Assembly (NCBI GenBank): GCA_963779665.1
Contig: CAVZYW010000004.1
Span: 98,211-162,210, forward strand
Origin: an uncultured Solirubrobacteraceae bacterium
Lineage (GTDB): Bacteria > Actinomycetota > Thermoleophilia > Solirubrobacterales > Solirubrobacteraceae
Length of the DNA: 64,000 nt
Direction of reading: 5' to 3'
The notes below the pieces were generated by a model. That model did not search any database. It saw only the letters and a program-made list of their open reading frames with translations, and was not told the DNA's origin. Position numbers and translations under genes: made by a program. Shown piece after piece: positions 52,427 through 62,872 of this stretch. The stretch's first letter is position 1. Each line of letters starts with the position of its first letter.

Positions 52427-54112
52427 TTACTCCCACTCGATGGTACCCGGCGGCTTGCTGGTGATGTCGAGCACCACCCGGTTGACCTCGCGCAGCTCGT
52501 TGATCATGCGTGAGGCGATCGTCTCGAGCAGGTCGTAGGGCAGCCGTGCCCAGTCGGCGGTCATCGCGTCGTCGCTGGTGACCGCGCGTACGACGACGAC
52601 GTAGCCGTAGGTGCGCTCGTCGCCCTGCACGCCGACGGTGCGCACGTCGGGGAGCACGCAGAAGGACTGCCACAGCTCGCGGTACAGGCCGGCTTTGCGG
52701 ATCTCGTCCTGCAGGATGTGGTCGGCCTCGCGCAGCACGTCCAGACGCTCTTTGGTGGCTTCGCCGCCGACTATCCGGATCGCGAGCCCCGGGCCCGGGA
52801 ACGGCTGGCGCCAGACGAGCCGCTCGGGCAGGCCCAGCTCGGCGCCGACCGCCCGCACCTCGTCCTTGAACAGCGCCCGCAGCGGCTCGACCAGCTCGAA
52901 CTGCAGGTCGTCGGGCAGGCCGCCGACGTTGTGGTGGGACTTGATCGTCGCCGCGCCGGTGCCGCCGCCGGACTCGATCACGTCCGAGTACAGCGTGCCC
53001 TGCACGAGGAAGCGAGCGGGCTGGGCGGGACCTCGATCCCCGGCCGTGTCCGCGAGCTTCTCCGCCTCCTCCTCGAACACCCTGATGAACTCCGCGCCGA
53101 TCGCCTTGCGCTTGGCCTCCGGCTCGCTCACGCCGGCGAGCTTGTCCAGGAAGCGCGTCTCCGCGTCGACGGCCACCAGCGGCACCTTGAACGTGTCGCG
53201 GAAGGTCTTGACGACCTGCTCGCCCTCTTCCTTGCGCATCAGCCCGTGGTCCACGAACACGCACGTCAGCTGCTCGCCGACCGCGCGGTGCACGAGCAGC
53301 GCCGCCACCGAGGAGTCAACGCCGCCGGACAGCCCGCAGATCACGCTGCCGTCGCCCACCTGCTCGCGGATCCGCCGTATCTGTTCCTCGACGATCGATG
53401 CCGCCGACCATGTCGGCTCGCAGCCGCACACCTCGGTCAGGAAGCGCGTCAGGATCTCCTCGCCGTAGGGGGTGTGCACGACCTCCGGGTGAAACTGGAT
53501 CCCGTAGATGCCCCGCTGCGGGTCCTCGACCGCCGCCACCGGCGAGCCGCTCGAGGACGCCAGCGCGGTGAAGCCCGGGGGCGGCTCGAACACGGTGTCG
53601 CGGTGGGACATCCAGCACGTCTGCTCGCGCGGCATGCCTTTCAGCAGCACGCCCGGGTCGGAGACCTGCAGGTCGGAGCGTCCGAACTCGCCGACCTCCG
53701 CCTGCTCGACCCGTCCGCCGAGCGTGTGCACGAGCAGCTGCATCCCGTAGCAGATGCCCATCACCGGCACACCCAGCTCGAGCAGCCCCAGATCCAGCGG
53801 CGGCGCACCCGGCGCGTACACCGAAGCCGGCCCACCCGAGAGGATGATCCCGCGCGGTTTGCGCGCCGCGATCTCCTCCAGCGGCACGTGATGCGGCAGC
53901 AGCTCGCTGAACACGCCGCAGTCGCGCACCCGTCGCGCGATCAGCTGCGAGTACTGCCCGCCGTAGTCGAGCACCACGATCTCCTCCGAGGCCGGACGTG
54001 GGGCGAGCGTCTTTGCTACCTGCGTCTCGTGCGCTGTATTGCCATCGCTATACAGGTTCGCCGATGCGGAAGCCGACTCAGGCTGAAGCGACGTCGCCGC
54101 GCCGTCAGTCAT
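52427..54112 (-). CDS. guaA: GMP synthase (glutamine-hydrolysing)
   Basis: [35 protein letters not shown]. Confidence 0.98.
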   Translation of the reverse strand: MTDGAATSLQPESASASANLYSDGNTAHETQVAKTLAPRPASEEIVVLDYGGQYSQLIARRVRDCGVFSELLPHHVPLEEIAARKPRGIILSGGPASVYAPGAPPLDLGLLELGVPVMGICYGMQLLVHTLGGRVEQAEVGEFGRSDLQVSDPGVLLKGMPREQTCWMSHRDTVFEPPPGFTALASSSGSPVAAVEDPQRGIYGIQFHPEVVHTPYGEEILTRFLTEVCGCEPTWSAASIVEEQIRRIREQVGDGSVICGLSGGVDSSVAALLVHRAVGEQLTCVFVDHGLMRKEEGEQVVKTFRDTFKVPLVAVDAETRFLDKLAGVSEPEAKRKAIGAEFIRVFEEEAEKLADTAGDRGPAQPARFLVQGTLYSDVIESGGGTGAATIKSHHNVGGLPDDLQFELVEPLRALFKDEVRAVGAELGLPERLVWRQPFPGPGLAIRIVGGEATKERLDVLREADHILQDEIRKAGLYRELWQSFCVLPDVRTVGVQGDERTYGYVVVVRAVTSDDAMTADWARLPYDLLETIASRMINELREVNRVVLDITSKPPGTIEWE

Positions 54113-55300
54113 TTACGAGGGCGGCTACCTTCCCGTTGGTCGCGCCCATGCCGACCTGCTGGTCGCGCTGCAGCGCCTTGCCCTCCGTCTGCAGCGACGG
54201 CGCCACGACGACCTCCGCGCGGTTGAACTCCGCCAGGTCCTTGTGGCCGCAGGTCGCCATCGACGTGCGCAGCCCGCCGAACAGGTTGAACGTGCCGTCG
54301 TTCTCGCGGGCCGGGCCGACGAGGATCTCCTCGAGCGTCCCGTTCTGCGCGGTTGCCACGCGCGCGCCGCGAGGGAGCGTCGGGTGGAAGGTCGCCATGC
54401 CCCAGTGAAAGCCGCGTCCCGGCGCCTCGTATGCGCGCGCCAGCGGCGAGCCGATCATCACGGCGTCGGCGCCCAGCGCGATCGCCTTGGAGACGTCGCC
54501 GCCGTTGCGCATGCCGCCGTCGGCGATCACCTGGCAGTACTCGCCGGTCTCGAGCATGTGCGTGGAGCGCGCGTGCGCGACGTCCGCGATCGCCGTCGCC
54601 TGCGGCACGCCGATGCCGAGCACGCCGCGCGTCGTGCACGCGGCACCCGGCCCGACGCCGACGAGCACGCCGGCTGCGCCGGTGCGCATCAGGTGCAGTC
54701 CCGTGTGGTAGGAGGCGCAGCCGCCCACCACGACCGGCACGTCGAGGCTCGGGATGAACTCCTTCAGGTTCAGCGGCTCGGAGACGGTCGAGACGTGTTC
54801 GCCGGAGACGACCGTGCCCTGGATCACGAGCACGTCGAGGCCGGCCTCCATCGCGATCTCGTGGTAGTCGAGCACGCGCTGCGGGGTCAGCGACGCGGCG
54901 ACGACGACTTTCTGCTCCTTGATCTCGCGGATCCGCTGCGCGATCAGCTCCGGCTTGACCGGCTCGCGGTAGATCTCCTGCATCTCGCGCGTGGCGAGAG
55001 TCCTTCGGCAGCAGCGCGATCCGCTCCAGCTCGTACTCTGCGTCCTCGTAGCGGGTGAAGATGCCCTCGAGGTTGAGCACCGCCAGTCCGCCGAGGCGGC
55101 CGATGATGCCGGCCGTCTCGGGCGAGACGACGCCGTCCATCGCCGAGGCCAGCATCGGCAGCTCGAACTGGTACGGCCCGAGCTTCCAGGAGATGTCGAT
55201 GTCGTCGGGGTCGCGCGTGCGCCTGTGAAGGCACGATCGCGATGTCGTCGAAGCCGTAGGCCCGACGGCCCTTCTTGCCGCGTCCGATCTCTATCTCCAT
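54105..55300 (-). CDS. guaB3: GuaB3-family IMP dehydrogenase-related protein; frameshifts
   Basis: [41 protein letters not shown]. Confidence 0.9.
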
Positions 55301-55464
55301 CGCTGCATCCTCGCAGTCGTCGCGGACGAGAAGACCCCGCACGCGGCGGGGCCAAAGAGGGGGCGGCAGTGCGCCGGAAATGCCTTGTCGGCCACGGCAG
55401 CCAAGTGACGCTGAGCATAGCAATCGTCACACCGGCGCTAATGCCCTTGGATATGCTCGATCGC

Positions 55465-57773
55465 ATGAGCGACGAACAGCCGACACACGCTATGAGGCCC
55501 ACGCCGATCGAGGCCCGTCGCCAGGCGGCCTGGCGCGAGCGCGACGCCTTCAGGACGCCGCCGCTGACGGACGAGCAGCCGCACCTCTACATCAAGCCGT
55601 CGGCGCCGTTCACCTCGGGCAACGTCCACATCGGCCACGTGCGCAGCTACTCGATCGGCGACGCCTACGCGCGCTTCCGCCGCGCCCGCGGCGACGCGGT
55701 GCTGTTCGCGTTCGGCTTCGACGCCTTCGGCTTGCCCGCCGAGCTCGGCGCGATCGCCGGCGGCGAGCCGCCGAGCGACTGGGTGCACCGCTGCGCCGAG
55801 CACATGACCGGACAGCTCGAGCGGCTCGGCTTCTCCTTCGACTGGGAGCGCTCGTTCCTCAGCTCCGACGCGATCATGTACCGCTGGTCGCAGTGGCTGT
55901 TCCTGGCGCTGCTCGAGGCCGGGCTGATCTACCGCGGCACCGGCAACGTCGACTGGTGCGAGCACTGCCAGACGACGCTCGCCTCGATCCAGGTCGAGGC
56001 CGGCGGCACCTGCTGGCGCTGTCACGGTCCCGTGCGGCTGATCGAGCTGCCGCAGTGGTACCTGCGGATCAGCGCCTACGTGGACGAGAACGACCGCCGC
56101 CTGGCGGAGCTGCGGCGAGCGGCATCTGGGACGAGGTCGCGCTGCCTCCCAGGAGATCGTGCTCGGGCGCGTCGACGGCGTCGAGCTGGAGCTGGCAGGG
56201 CCCGACGGCGCGCAGCTGACGCGTGTTCACCCCCCACGCGCGACGCGCTCGCGGCAGGCGCGCTTCGTGCTGATGTCGCCGCGCCACCCCGACGCGGACG
56301 ACGTGGGCAGCCGAGCGACGGCCGTGCACGAGCAGCTCGAGCAGCTGCGCTCCGGCGGCTGGGAGCGCAGCTCGCGCGAGGCGGAGACGATCCCGGTGAT
56401 CGACACCGGGCGCGTGGTGCTCGGCACGGACGGAGCGCCGCTGCCGGTGCTCGTCTCGCCGCTGGTGGACTCGCGCTTCGGGCCGACGGTCGTGCTCGGC
56501 GTGCCGTCCGCGACCGCACCGACGAGGTGATCGCGCGCCGGCTCGGGCTCGAGGTTCCCGACGAGGGCTCCTCCGCCGAGGAGAGCGCCGCCGACGAGCA
56601 GGCTCCGACCGATCATCGACGCGAGCGCACGCGCCGGAGCCCCGGATGCGCGTGCGCGCGGTGCGCTACCGCGCCTCCGACTTCGTGATCTCCCGCCAGC
56701 GCTCGTGGGGCACGCCGATCCCGATCGTGTACTGCGAGCAGTGCGGCACGGTGCCGGTGCCACGCGAGCAGCTGCCGGTGGTGCTGCCGCTGGACCTGCG
56801 CCCGACGGGCACCGGCAACCCGCTGGCGGAGCTGGAGGAGTTCGTGCAGACCACCTGCCCCGGCTGCGGCGGACCGGCGCGGCGCGAGACGGACACGCTC
56901 GACTGCCACTTCGACGCGCTGTGGCTGTGGGTGCCGGCGTGCGTTCCGCCGGAGGCGCGCGAGGAGTCGCTGGAGGAGATCTTCGCGCTGGCCGACCTGC
57001 GCCACTGGCTGCCGTCCGAGCGCCTGGTGGCGGGCTCTGACAGCGGCAACTTCGTGTTCGACCAGCGGATCGTCACGAAGGCGCTGCGCGACATCGGCCC
57101 GCTGGCGTTCCTCGGCGACGGCGAGCCGTTCGCCGGCTGCCTGTTTCACGAGATGGTCACCGCCGACGGGCGCAAGATGAGCAAGCATCTCGGCAATGTC
57201 GTCGACCCCGACGAGCTGGTCGAGCGCTACGGCGCCGACACGGTCAGGTTGGCGGTGCTGTACGCCGCCCGCCCGCAGAAGTCGCTGAACTGGAACGACT
57301 CGGCGGTGCTGCGCTGCCACAGGTTCCTGACGCAGGTGTGGGAGTACTCCCGCGCGAAGCTCGCGCGCAGGCGCAGGACGACCGCGACGCGACTGGGGGC
57401 GGGGTCCTCGCCGAGCAGGAGGAGCCGATCAGAGACACGACGGAGCACCTGCGCCTGAAACTTTCGCAGTGGTGCGGCTGCCGCGGTGGAGAAGGTCACC
57501 GAGGACATGGAGGGCCTGGAGATGCACAGCGCCGTGCGCAACGTGATGCGTCTGTTCGACCGCATCAAGGACTTCGAGAAACGCGTGCTCGCACGCCAAC
57601 CGGAGCTCGGCAGCGCCAACGTCGATGCGCTGCTGGAGGCGCTGACGGTGCTGGCGCAGATGCTCGGGCCACTGGCCCCGCACCTGGCCGAGGAGCTGTG
57701 GATCGCCTTCGGCCACGAGGAGCACAGCGCACAGACGCCGTGGCCGGGCGTATCGTTGAAGGTACCCGCATGA
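55465..57773 (+). CDS. Divergent leucyl-tRNA-synthetase paralog (class Ia); frameshifts; no C-terminal domain
   Basis: HIGH, DAFGLPAE, Zn motifs CEHC/CWRC and CEQC/CPGC, ISRQRSWGTPIP, RETDTLD, KMSKHLGNVVDP, YGADTVR, APHLAEELW; ends WPGVSLKVPA. Confidence 0.88.
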
Positions 57774-59107
57774 GCACACAGACCGCACAGGGCCTTTCAC
57801 ACGGCTCACGGCAGCGGACGCGCTCTTGCGCGACCGGCCTTGCCTGCCACCGCTGTGACAACGACTACGCGCTCGAGCAGGCGATCTTCGCGTGCCCGGA
57901 CTGCGGCAAGGGGCTGGACGTGGTCTACGACTACGAGCTCGCTGCGCGCCACTTCAGGGACGTTCCCAGCTCCGAGCGTCCGCAGAACATCTGGCACTTC
58001 GAGGAGCTGCTGCCGATCGTCGACGCCTCAGCGCAGGCCCGCGTCGGGCAGCACTCCGGCTACACGCCGCTGATCCGCGCCGACCGGCTCGGCGCCGAGC
58101 TGGGGCTCAGCAACCTGTACCTGAAGGACGACTCCAGCAACCGGCCGAGCCTGTCCTACAAGGACCGGGTCGTCTCGATGTCGGTCGCCCGGCTGCTGGA
58201 GCGCGGCGGCACGGAGATCGGCTGCGTGTCGACGGGCAACGTCGGCACCGCGGTCGCCTCACTGGCGGCCAAGGCGGGAGTGGACGCGTACGTGTTCTAC
58301 CCCAACCGCCTGGAGGACACGAAGGCGCGCGCGTGCATGGCGCTCGGCGCGAAGGTCTGCCAGGTCGAGGGCAACTACGACGAAGCCAACCGTCGCTGCC
58401 GCGAGCTGGCGGAAAGCACGGGCATGGACTTCGCCAACATCACGCTGCGCCCGTTCTACGCGGAGGGCGCCAAGACCGCGGCGTTTGAGATCGTCGAGCA
58501 GCTCGAGTGGCAGGCACCGGACCACATCGTCACGGCGGCCGCCGGCGGCACGCTGTCCTCGCGCCTGCACAAGGGCCTGGTCGAGCTGCAGCTGCTGGAG
58601 CTGTCAGAGACGGACGCCACGCGCATCCACATCGCCCAGCCGAGCGGTTGCAACCCGATCGCCACGGCGATCGTCGCCGAGGAGGCGGAGATCCATGCGG
58701 TGACGCCGGAGACGGCGGCGCACTCGCTGGCGATCGGCAACCCTGGCGACGGCTACCTGGTGATCGACGCGGTGCTCAAACGCGGCGGCACCGGCGGCTT
58801 CGCGAGCGACCCGGAGATCTTCGCCGGCATCGACCTGCTCGCCGCCACCGAGGGGCTGCTGACCGAGCCGGCCGGCGGCACGACGATCGCGGTGCTCGAG
58901 AAACTTGCCGCGGCGGGACGGTTCGCGCCGGACGACACGGTCGTGGCGATCATCACCGGCAACGGGCTGAAGACGCTCGACGACCACCCGCCGAAGCCTT
59001 GGCCGGACAAGATCGAGTGCGAGCTCGACGCGATGCTCGCCGCGCTGGGCGAGCTCAAGCAGAGCGGCACGCTCGTCGACAGCGCGCGCGGGCAGCTGCA
59101 CGTCTAG
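57770..59107 (+). CDS. Threonine-synthase-like PLP (fold type II) enzyme
   Basis: N-terminal CHRC..CPDC, GYTPL, PLP lysine in SYKDR, STGN, EGAKT, ITGNGLKT; ATGA overlap with the LeuRS paralog. Confidence 0.88.
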   Translation: MSTQTAQGLSHGSRQRTRSCATGLACHRCDNDYALEQAIFACPDCGKGLDVVYDYELAARHFRDVPSSERPQNIWHFEELLPIVDASAQARVGQHSGYTPLIRADRLGAELGLSNLYLKDDSSNRPSLSYKDRVVSMSVARLLERGGTEIGCVSTGNVGTAVASLAAKAGVDAYVFYPNRLEDTKARACMALGAKVCQVEGNYDEANRRCRELAESTGMDFANITLRPFYAEGAKTAAFEIVEQLEWQAPDHIVTAAAGGTLSSRLHKGLVELQLLELSETDATRIHIAQPSGCNPIATAIVAEEAEIHAVTPETAAHSLAIGNPGDGYLVIDAVLKRGGTGGFASDPEIFAGIDLLAATEGLLTEPAGGTTIAVLEKLAAAGRFAPDDTVVAIITGNGLKTLDDHPPKPWPDKIECELDAMLAALGELKQSGTLVDSARGQLHV

Positions 59108-59158
59108 CGCGGAGCCCAGCCTTGTGTAGGCAGCCGGAGCAGGGGTAGAGGAACCGAG

Positions 59159-59584
59159 ATGGCAAGCCCATTCGCCTCGCCACAGGAGTTTCGCAGCGTG
59201 CTGGATCGGGTCCTACAGATGATGAGCGAGGATCCGGCGATGGGCCCGGGGCTACGGGCGGCGGACGTGCCACAGCGGTTCGAGTTCGAGGACGTCGATC
59301 TCGTGCTCAACGTGCGTGCCGGGCGACCCGACGAGCAACACAACCTCGCGTGGGAATGGACCGACGAGATCGACTGGACCCCGAAGGTGCGAATGACGAT
59401 GTCCTCGGAGACAGCCAACCGCTATTTCCAGGGCCGCGAGAACATCGTCTACTCGATCGCAAGGCGGCGCATCAAGACCGGTGGCGATATGCGAGCGGCA
59501 CTGGAGTTGATCCCGATCACCAAACCGATCTATCACCTCTACAAAGACCTGATTGCCGAGGAGTATCCGCACCTGCAGCTATGA
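59159..59584 (+). CDS. SCP2 sterol/lipid-carrier-like protein
   Basis: PKVRMTMSSETANRYFQGRENIVYSIARRRIKTGGD matches the SCP2 pattern. Confidence 0.65.
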   Translation: MASPFASPQEFRSVLDRVLQMMSEDPAMGPGLRAADVPQRFEFEDVDLVLNVRAGRPDEQHNLAWEWTDEIDWTPKVRMTMSSETANRYFQGRENIVYSIARRRIKTGGDMRAALELIPITKPIYHLYKDLIAEEYPHLQL

Positions 59585-59654
59585 GGTAAGTGCCCGGGTG
59601 AGCGGGCAGTGGCGGCCCTCAGGCGACTGCCGTGTCGCGATCACAGCGAGCGGG

Positions 59655-60419
59655 CTAGAGCACCTTTGACAGGAATGCGCGCGTGCGCTCGTGACGCGGG
59701 TTGGCCAGCACCTCGGAAGGCTTGCCGGACTCGACCACGATGCCGCCGTCCATGAACACCACCTCGTCGGCGACCTCGCGGGCGAAGCCCATCTCATGTG
59801 TGACCACGATCATCGTCATGCCTTCGCCGGCCAGCTGCTTCATCACCTGGAGGACCTCGCCCACGAGCTCGGGGTCGAGCGCGGAGGTGGGCTCGTCGAA
59901 CAGCATCAGCTTCGGCTCCATCGCGAGCGCCCGGGCGATTGCCACGCGTTGCTGCTGGCCTCCGGAGAGCTGCGCCGGGTAGGCAGCCAGCTTGTCTGCC
60001 AGCCCGACGCGGCCGAGCAGCTCGCGAGCGCGCGAGCGCGCCGGCTCACGCGCGACCTTCTTGACTCGGATCGGCGCGCACGTCACGTTCTCGAGCGCTG
60101 TCATGTGAGGGAACAGGTTGAAGTGCTGAAAGACCATGCCGATGCCGGCGCGCTTGCGCGCCACCTCGGATTCGCGCAGCTCGTGAAGCTTCTCCCCCAC
60201 CTGGCGGTAGCCGACGAGCTCGCCGTCGACGAACAGGCGCCCGGCGTTGATCTTCTCGAGGTGATTGATACAGCGCAGGAAAGTGGACTTTCCCGACCCC
60301 GATGGGCCGAGCAGGCACATCACCTCACCGGGCGCCACCGCCAGCGTGATGCCCTTCAGCACCTCCTGGCGACCGAAGCGCTTGTGCACGCCCTCGGCGC
60401 TGACCATCGGCGCGCTCAC
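59655..60419 (-). CDS. Polar amino-acid ABC transporter ATPase
   Basis: [28 protein letters not shown]. Confidence 0.95.
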   Translation of the reverse strand: MSAPMVSAEGVHKRFGRQEVLKGITLAVAPGEVMCLLGPSGSGKSTFLRCINHLEKINAGRLFVDGELVGYRQVGEKLHELRESEVARKRAGIGMVFQHFNLFPHMTALENVTCAPIRVKKVAREPARSRARELLGRVGLADKLAAYPAQLSGGQQQRVAIARALAMEPKLMLFDEPTSALDPELVGEVLQVMKQLAGEGMTMIVVTHEMGFAREVADEVVFMDGGIVVESGKPSEVLANPRHERTRAFLSKVL

Positions 60420-61345
60420 CGACTGGCTCCGTCGTGCGGCGAGGACAGCGCGTCGAGCACGAGCGCCTGTCTCGCGTTGGCTTCACGCGAGGAGCCGCGT
60501 CCGTAGTAGCGCTCGAGATAGTGCTGTCCCACGTACAGCACGCTGGTGCACACGATGTACCAGAAGCTGGCGACGATCAACAGCTGGATCGTCTTGTAGT
60601 TGACGGCGAAGATCTGTTCGGATGAGTACAGAAGCTCGGTCACCGTGATCACGCTCGCCAGCGACGTGGTCTTCAGCATCGAGATCGTCTCGTTACCTGT
60701 CGGCGGGATGATCACGCGCATCGCCTGCGGCAGCACGATCCGACGCAGTGTCTGCACGCGCGTCATGCCGAGCGACTGCGCCGCGTCGGTTTGGCCCTCG
60801 TCGACCGAGATCATCCCGGCCCTGACGATCTCCGCCATGTAGGCGCCCTCGTTCAACCCGAGTCCAAGCACTGCCGCCCGGAACGCAGTGATCAGCGTGT
60901 TCACGTCCGGGTGCACAAGCGCCGGCCCGAACGGCACGCCGAGCGCAAGCTTGGGATACAGCGCGGCGATGTTGTACCAGAACAGCAACTGCACGAGGAC
61001 GGGCGTGCCGCGGAAGAACCAGATGTACAGCCAGCTGGCGCGCGAGACGAGCGGGTTCGTCGAGACTCGCATCACGGCGAGCAGCACACCGAGCACGACG
61101 CCGATCGCCATTGAGATGACTGTCAGCTCGATTGTCACGACCAGGCCTTCGAGGATGCGGTGGTCGAACAGGTATTCGCCGACCACGCTCCATTCAAAGC
61201 GCGGGTTGGTGACAACCGAGCGCACCAGGGCGACGGCGATCACGAGAATGACCGCAGCCGCGACCCAGCGCCCGGGGCGCCGGACGGGGACGGCCACTAT
61301 GTCGTCGGGCCGCCCCGTCGGGCTGGTGACCTCTGGTGAGGACAC
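60416..61345 (-). CDS. Polar amino-acid ABC transporter permease
   Basis: [31 protein letters not shown]. Confidence 0.95.
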   Translation of the reverse strand: MSSPEVTSPTGRPDDIVAVPVRRPGRWVAAAVILVIAVALVRSVVTNPRFEWSVVGEYLFDHRILEGLVVTIELTVISMAIGVVLGVLLAVMRVSTNPLVSRASWLYIWFFRGTPVLVQLLFWYNIAALYPKLALGVPFGPALVHPDVNTLITAFRAAVLGLGLNEGAYMAEIVRAGMISVDEGQTDAAQSLGMTRVQTLRRIVLPQAMRVIIPPTGNETISMLKTTSLASVITVTELLYSSEQIFAVNYKTIQLLIVASFWYIVCTSVLYVGQHYLERYYGRGSSREANARQALVLDALSSPHDGASR

Positions 61346-61357
61346 CGAACTACTCGC

Positions 61358-62257
61358 TCAGCTCTTCGCCCCGTTGATTCCCGGGGTGCTGAGCGCTCCC
61401 GCCTGCACACCCCACTTTTCGAGGATCTTCATATAGGTGCCGTTTGCGATCAGCACCTTCAGCGCCGCCAGCACGGGTGTGGTCATGCCACTGCCCTTCG
61501 GGATCGCAAGCCCGTAAGGGGCCGCGCCGTAGGTTTCACCGACCAGCTTGAACGTGCCGTTGGATTGCTTCACCTGGTAAGCGGCCACCGGCGAGTCGGC
61601 CATGCCGAGTTCCGCGCGACCGCTGGAGATCGCCAGGTTGGCGCCGTTCTGTGTGGGATACACGAGCACGGTCACCGACTTCTTGCCGGCTTTCGTGCAC
61701 TTCCCGCTCTGTTCGGTCGATTCTTCTTCCTCGGTGGTTCCCTTCTCCACCGAGACCGTCTTCCCGCACAGGTCTTCGAGCGTCTTTACGCCCGGATTCG
61801 ATGAGGACTTTGCATAGAACGATGTTCCGGCGGTGAAGTAGTCGACGAAGTCGACTGTCTTCTCGCGTTCCCTGGTGTCGGTGAACGACGACGCACCGAT
61901 GTCGTACTTGCCGGCTGCCAGACCCGGGATGATCGTGTCAAACGTTGCGTTAACCATTTCGACCTTCAAGCCCATCACCGACCCGAGCGCTTTCATCAGG
62001 TCGGCGTCCATCCCGACCACGGTGTGCCCGTCGGAGGCAATGAACTCGTTGGGGGCATACGTCGCATCGGCTGCGACGGTGAGCGTGCCCTTGGATTTGA
62101 TAGCGGCAGGTACCTCCGCGGCGATCGTCGCGTTTGCGCTACTCGAACCTGACGTCGTCGTCGTGGTTGTCGAGCTCGTGCTGCTGCTGCTGCCGCATGC
62201 GGCCAGCACGAGGACGGTGAGCGCGGGTACGCCGAGTCGAGCGACCAGCTTGCTCAT
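61358..62257 (-). CDS. Amino-acid ABC transporter substrate-binding lipoprotein (family 3)
   Basis: Lipobox LAAC, DATYAPNEF, SSFTDTRER. Confidence 0.93.
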   Translation of the reverse strand: MSKLVARLGVPALTVLVLAACGSSSSTSSTTTTTTSGSSSANATIAAEVPAAIKSKGTLTVAADATYAPNEFIASDGHTVVGMDADLMKALGSVMGLKVEMVNATFDTIIPGLAAGKYDIGASSFTDTREREKTVDFVDYFTAGTSFYAKSSSNPGVKTLEDLCGKTVSVEKGTTEEEESTEQSGKCTKAGKKSVTVLVYPTQNGANLAISSGRAELGMADSPVAAYQVKQSNGTFKLVGETYGAAPYGLAIPKGSGMTTPVLAALKVLIANGTYMKILEKWGVQAGALSTPGINGAKS

Positions 62258-62433
62258 CGGAACCCCCTTCGTGGGTATTGACAGTAGGGCCCCGGACCAG
62301 GCGAGGCCGCGCAAGTATAGGACCCGGCAAGTGCCTGGCGCGGTGTGGCGCGACTGGAGCCGCCGCTTGACTCCGGATCGTGGCCCCGACGGCGCTCTCG
62401 GTCTTCAGGCGCGTGCTTGGGACTCGCGAAATA

Positions 62434-62461
62434 GAAAAGCCCCGCGTGAGCGGGGCTTTTC
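62434..62461 (-). terminator. Intrinsic (bidirectional-type) terminator downstream of rnpB
   Basis: GAAAAGCCCCGC-GTGA-GCGGGGCTTTTC. Confidence 0.85.
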
Positions 62462-62464
62462 CTT

Positions 62465-62790
62465 AGCAGGTCGATAAGCCGGATTCTGTCGTTGAGCAGC
62501 CATCCATCTGAGCGGCCTACCTGGACCTCGGCGGGTACCTGCAAACGGTCCTGTTTGGCCTTGCATCGGGTGGGGTTTGCCCAGCCGCCGCGTCACCGCG
62601 ACGCTGGTGCGCTCTTACCGCACCATTTCACCCTTGCCGGCCCGCCGTTCACGTGGGACGGCGGACGTAGGCGGTTTGTTTCTGTGGCACTTTCCCGCGG
62701 GTTTCCCCGGGTCGATATCTCGACCACCCTGCCCTTTGATGTCCGGACTTTCCTCGAAGGCACATCGCCTCCGCGGCTGCCTGATCTGCT
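62465..62790 (-). ncRNA. rnpB: RNase P RNA (bacterial type A)
   Basis: Minus strand reads GAGGAAAGTCCGG..GGAAAGTGCCACAGAAA..GGTAAGAGCGCACC..ACAGAATCCGGCTTA, with pairing ends. Confidence 0.95.
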
Positions 62791-62872
62791 CTGCCAACCT
62801 AGCGCGTGAGGACGGCTCTGTGAAGGCTTGGGCCAGGCTGCCCGGCCGACGTCACCGCGTCGGCGCTGCCGC

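Noticed and set aside
55301-55464. T-box or riboswitch ahead of the LeuRS paralog; GTGACG-N14-CGTCAC inverted repeat at 55405-55430
   Set aside because: The gap is short and has no T-box motif; TATGCT just before the ATG suggests a near-leaderless start. A 6-bp repeat is too weak to call.
55465-57773. Calling the gene housekeeping leuS, or a pseudogene
   Set aside because: Leu-pocket motifs and the C-terminal domain are missing, so it is not canonical leuS. Its frameshifts match the error pattern in neighbouring essential genes and the catalytic motifs are intact.
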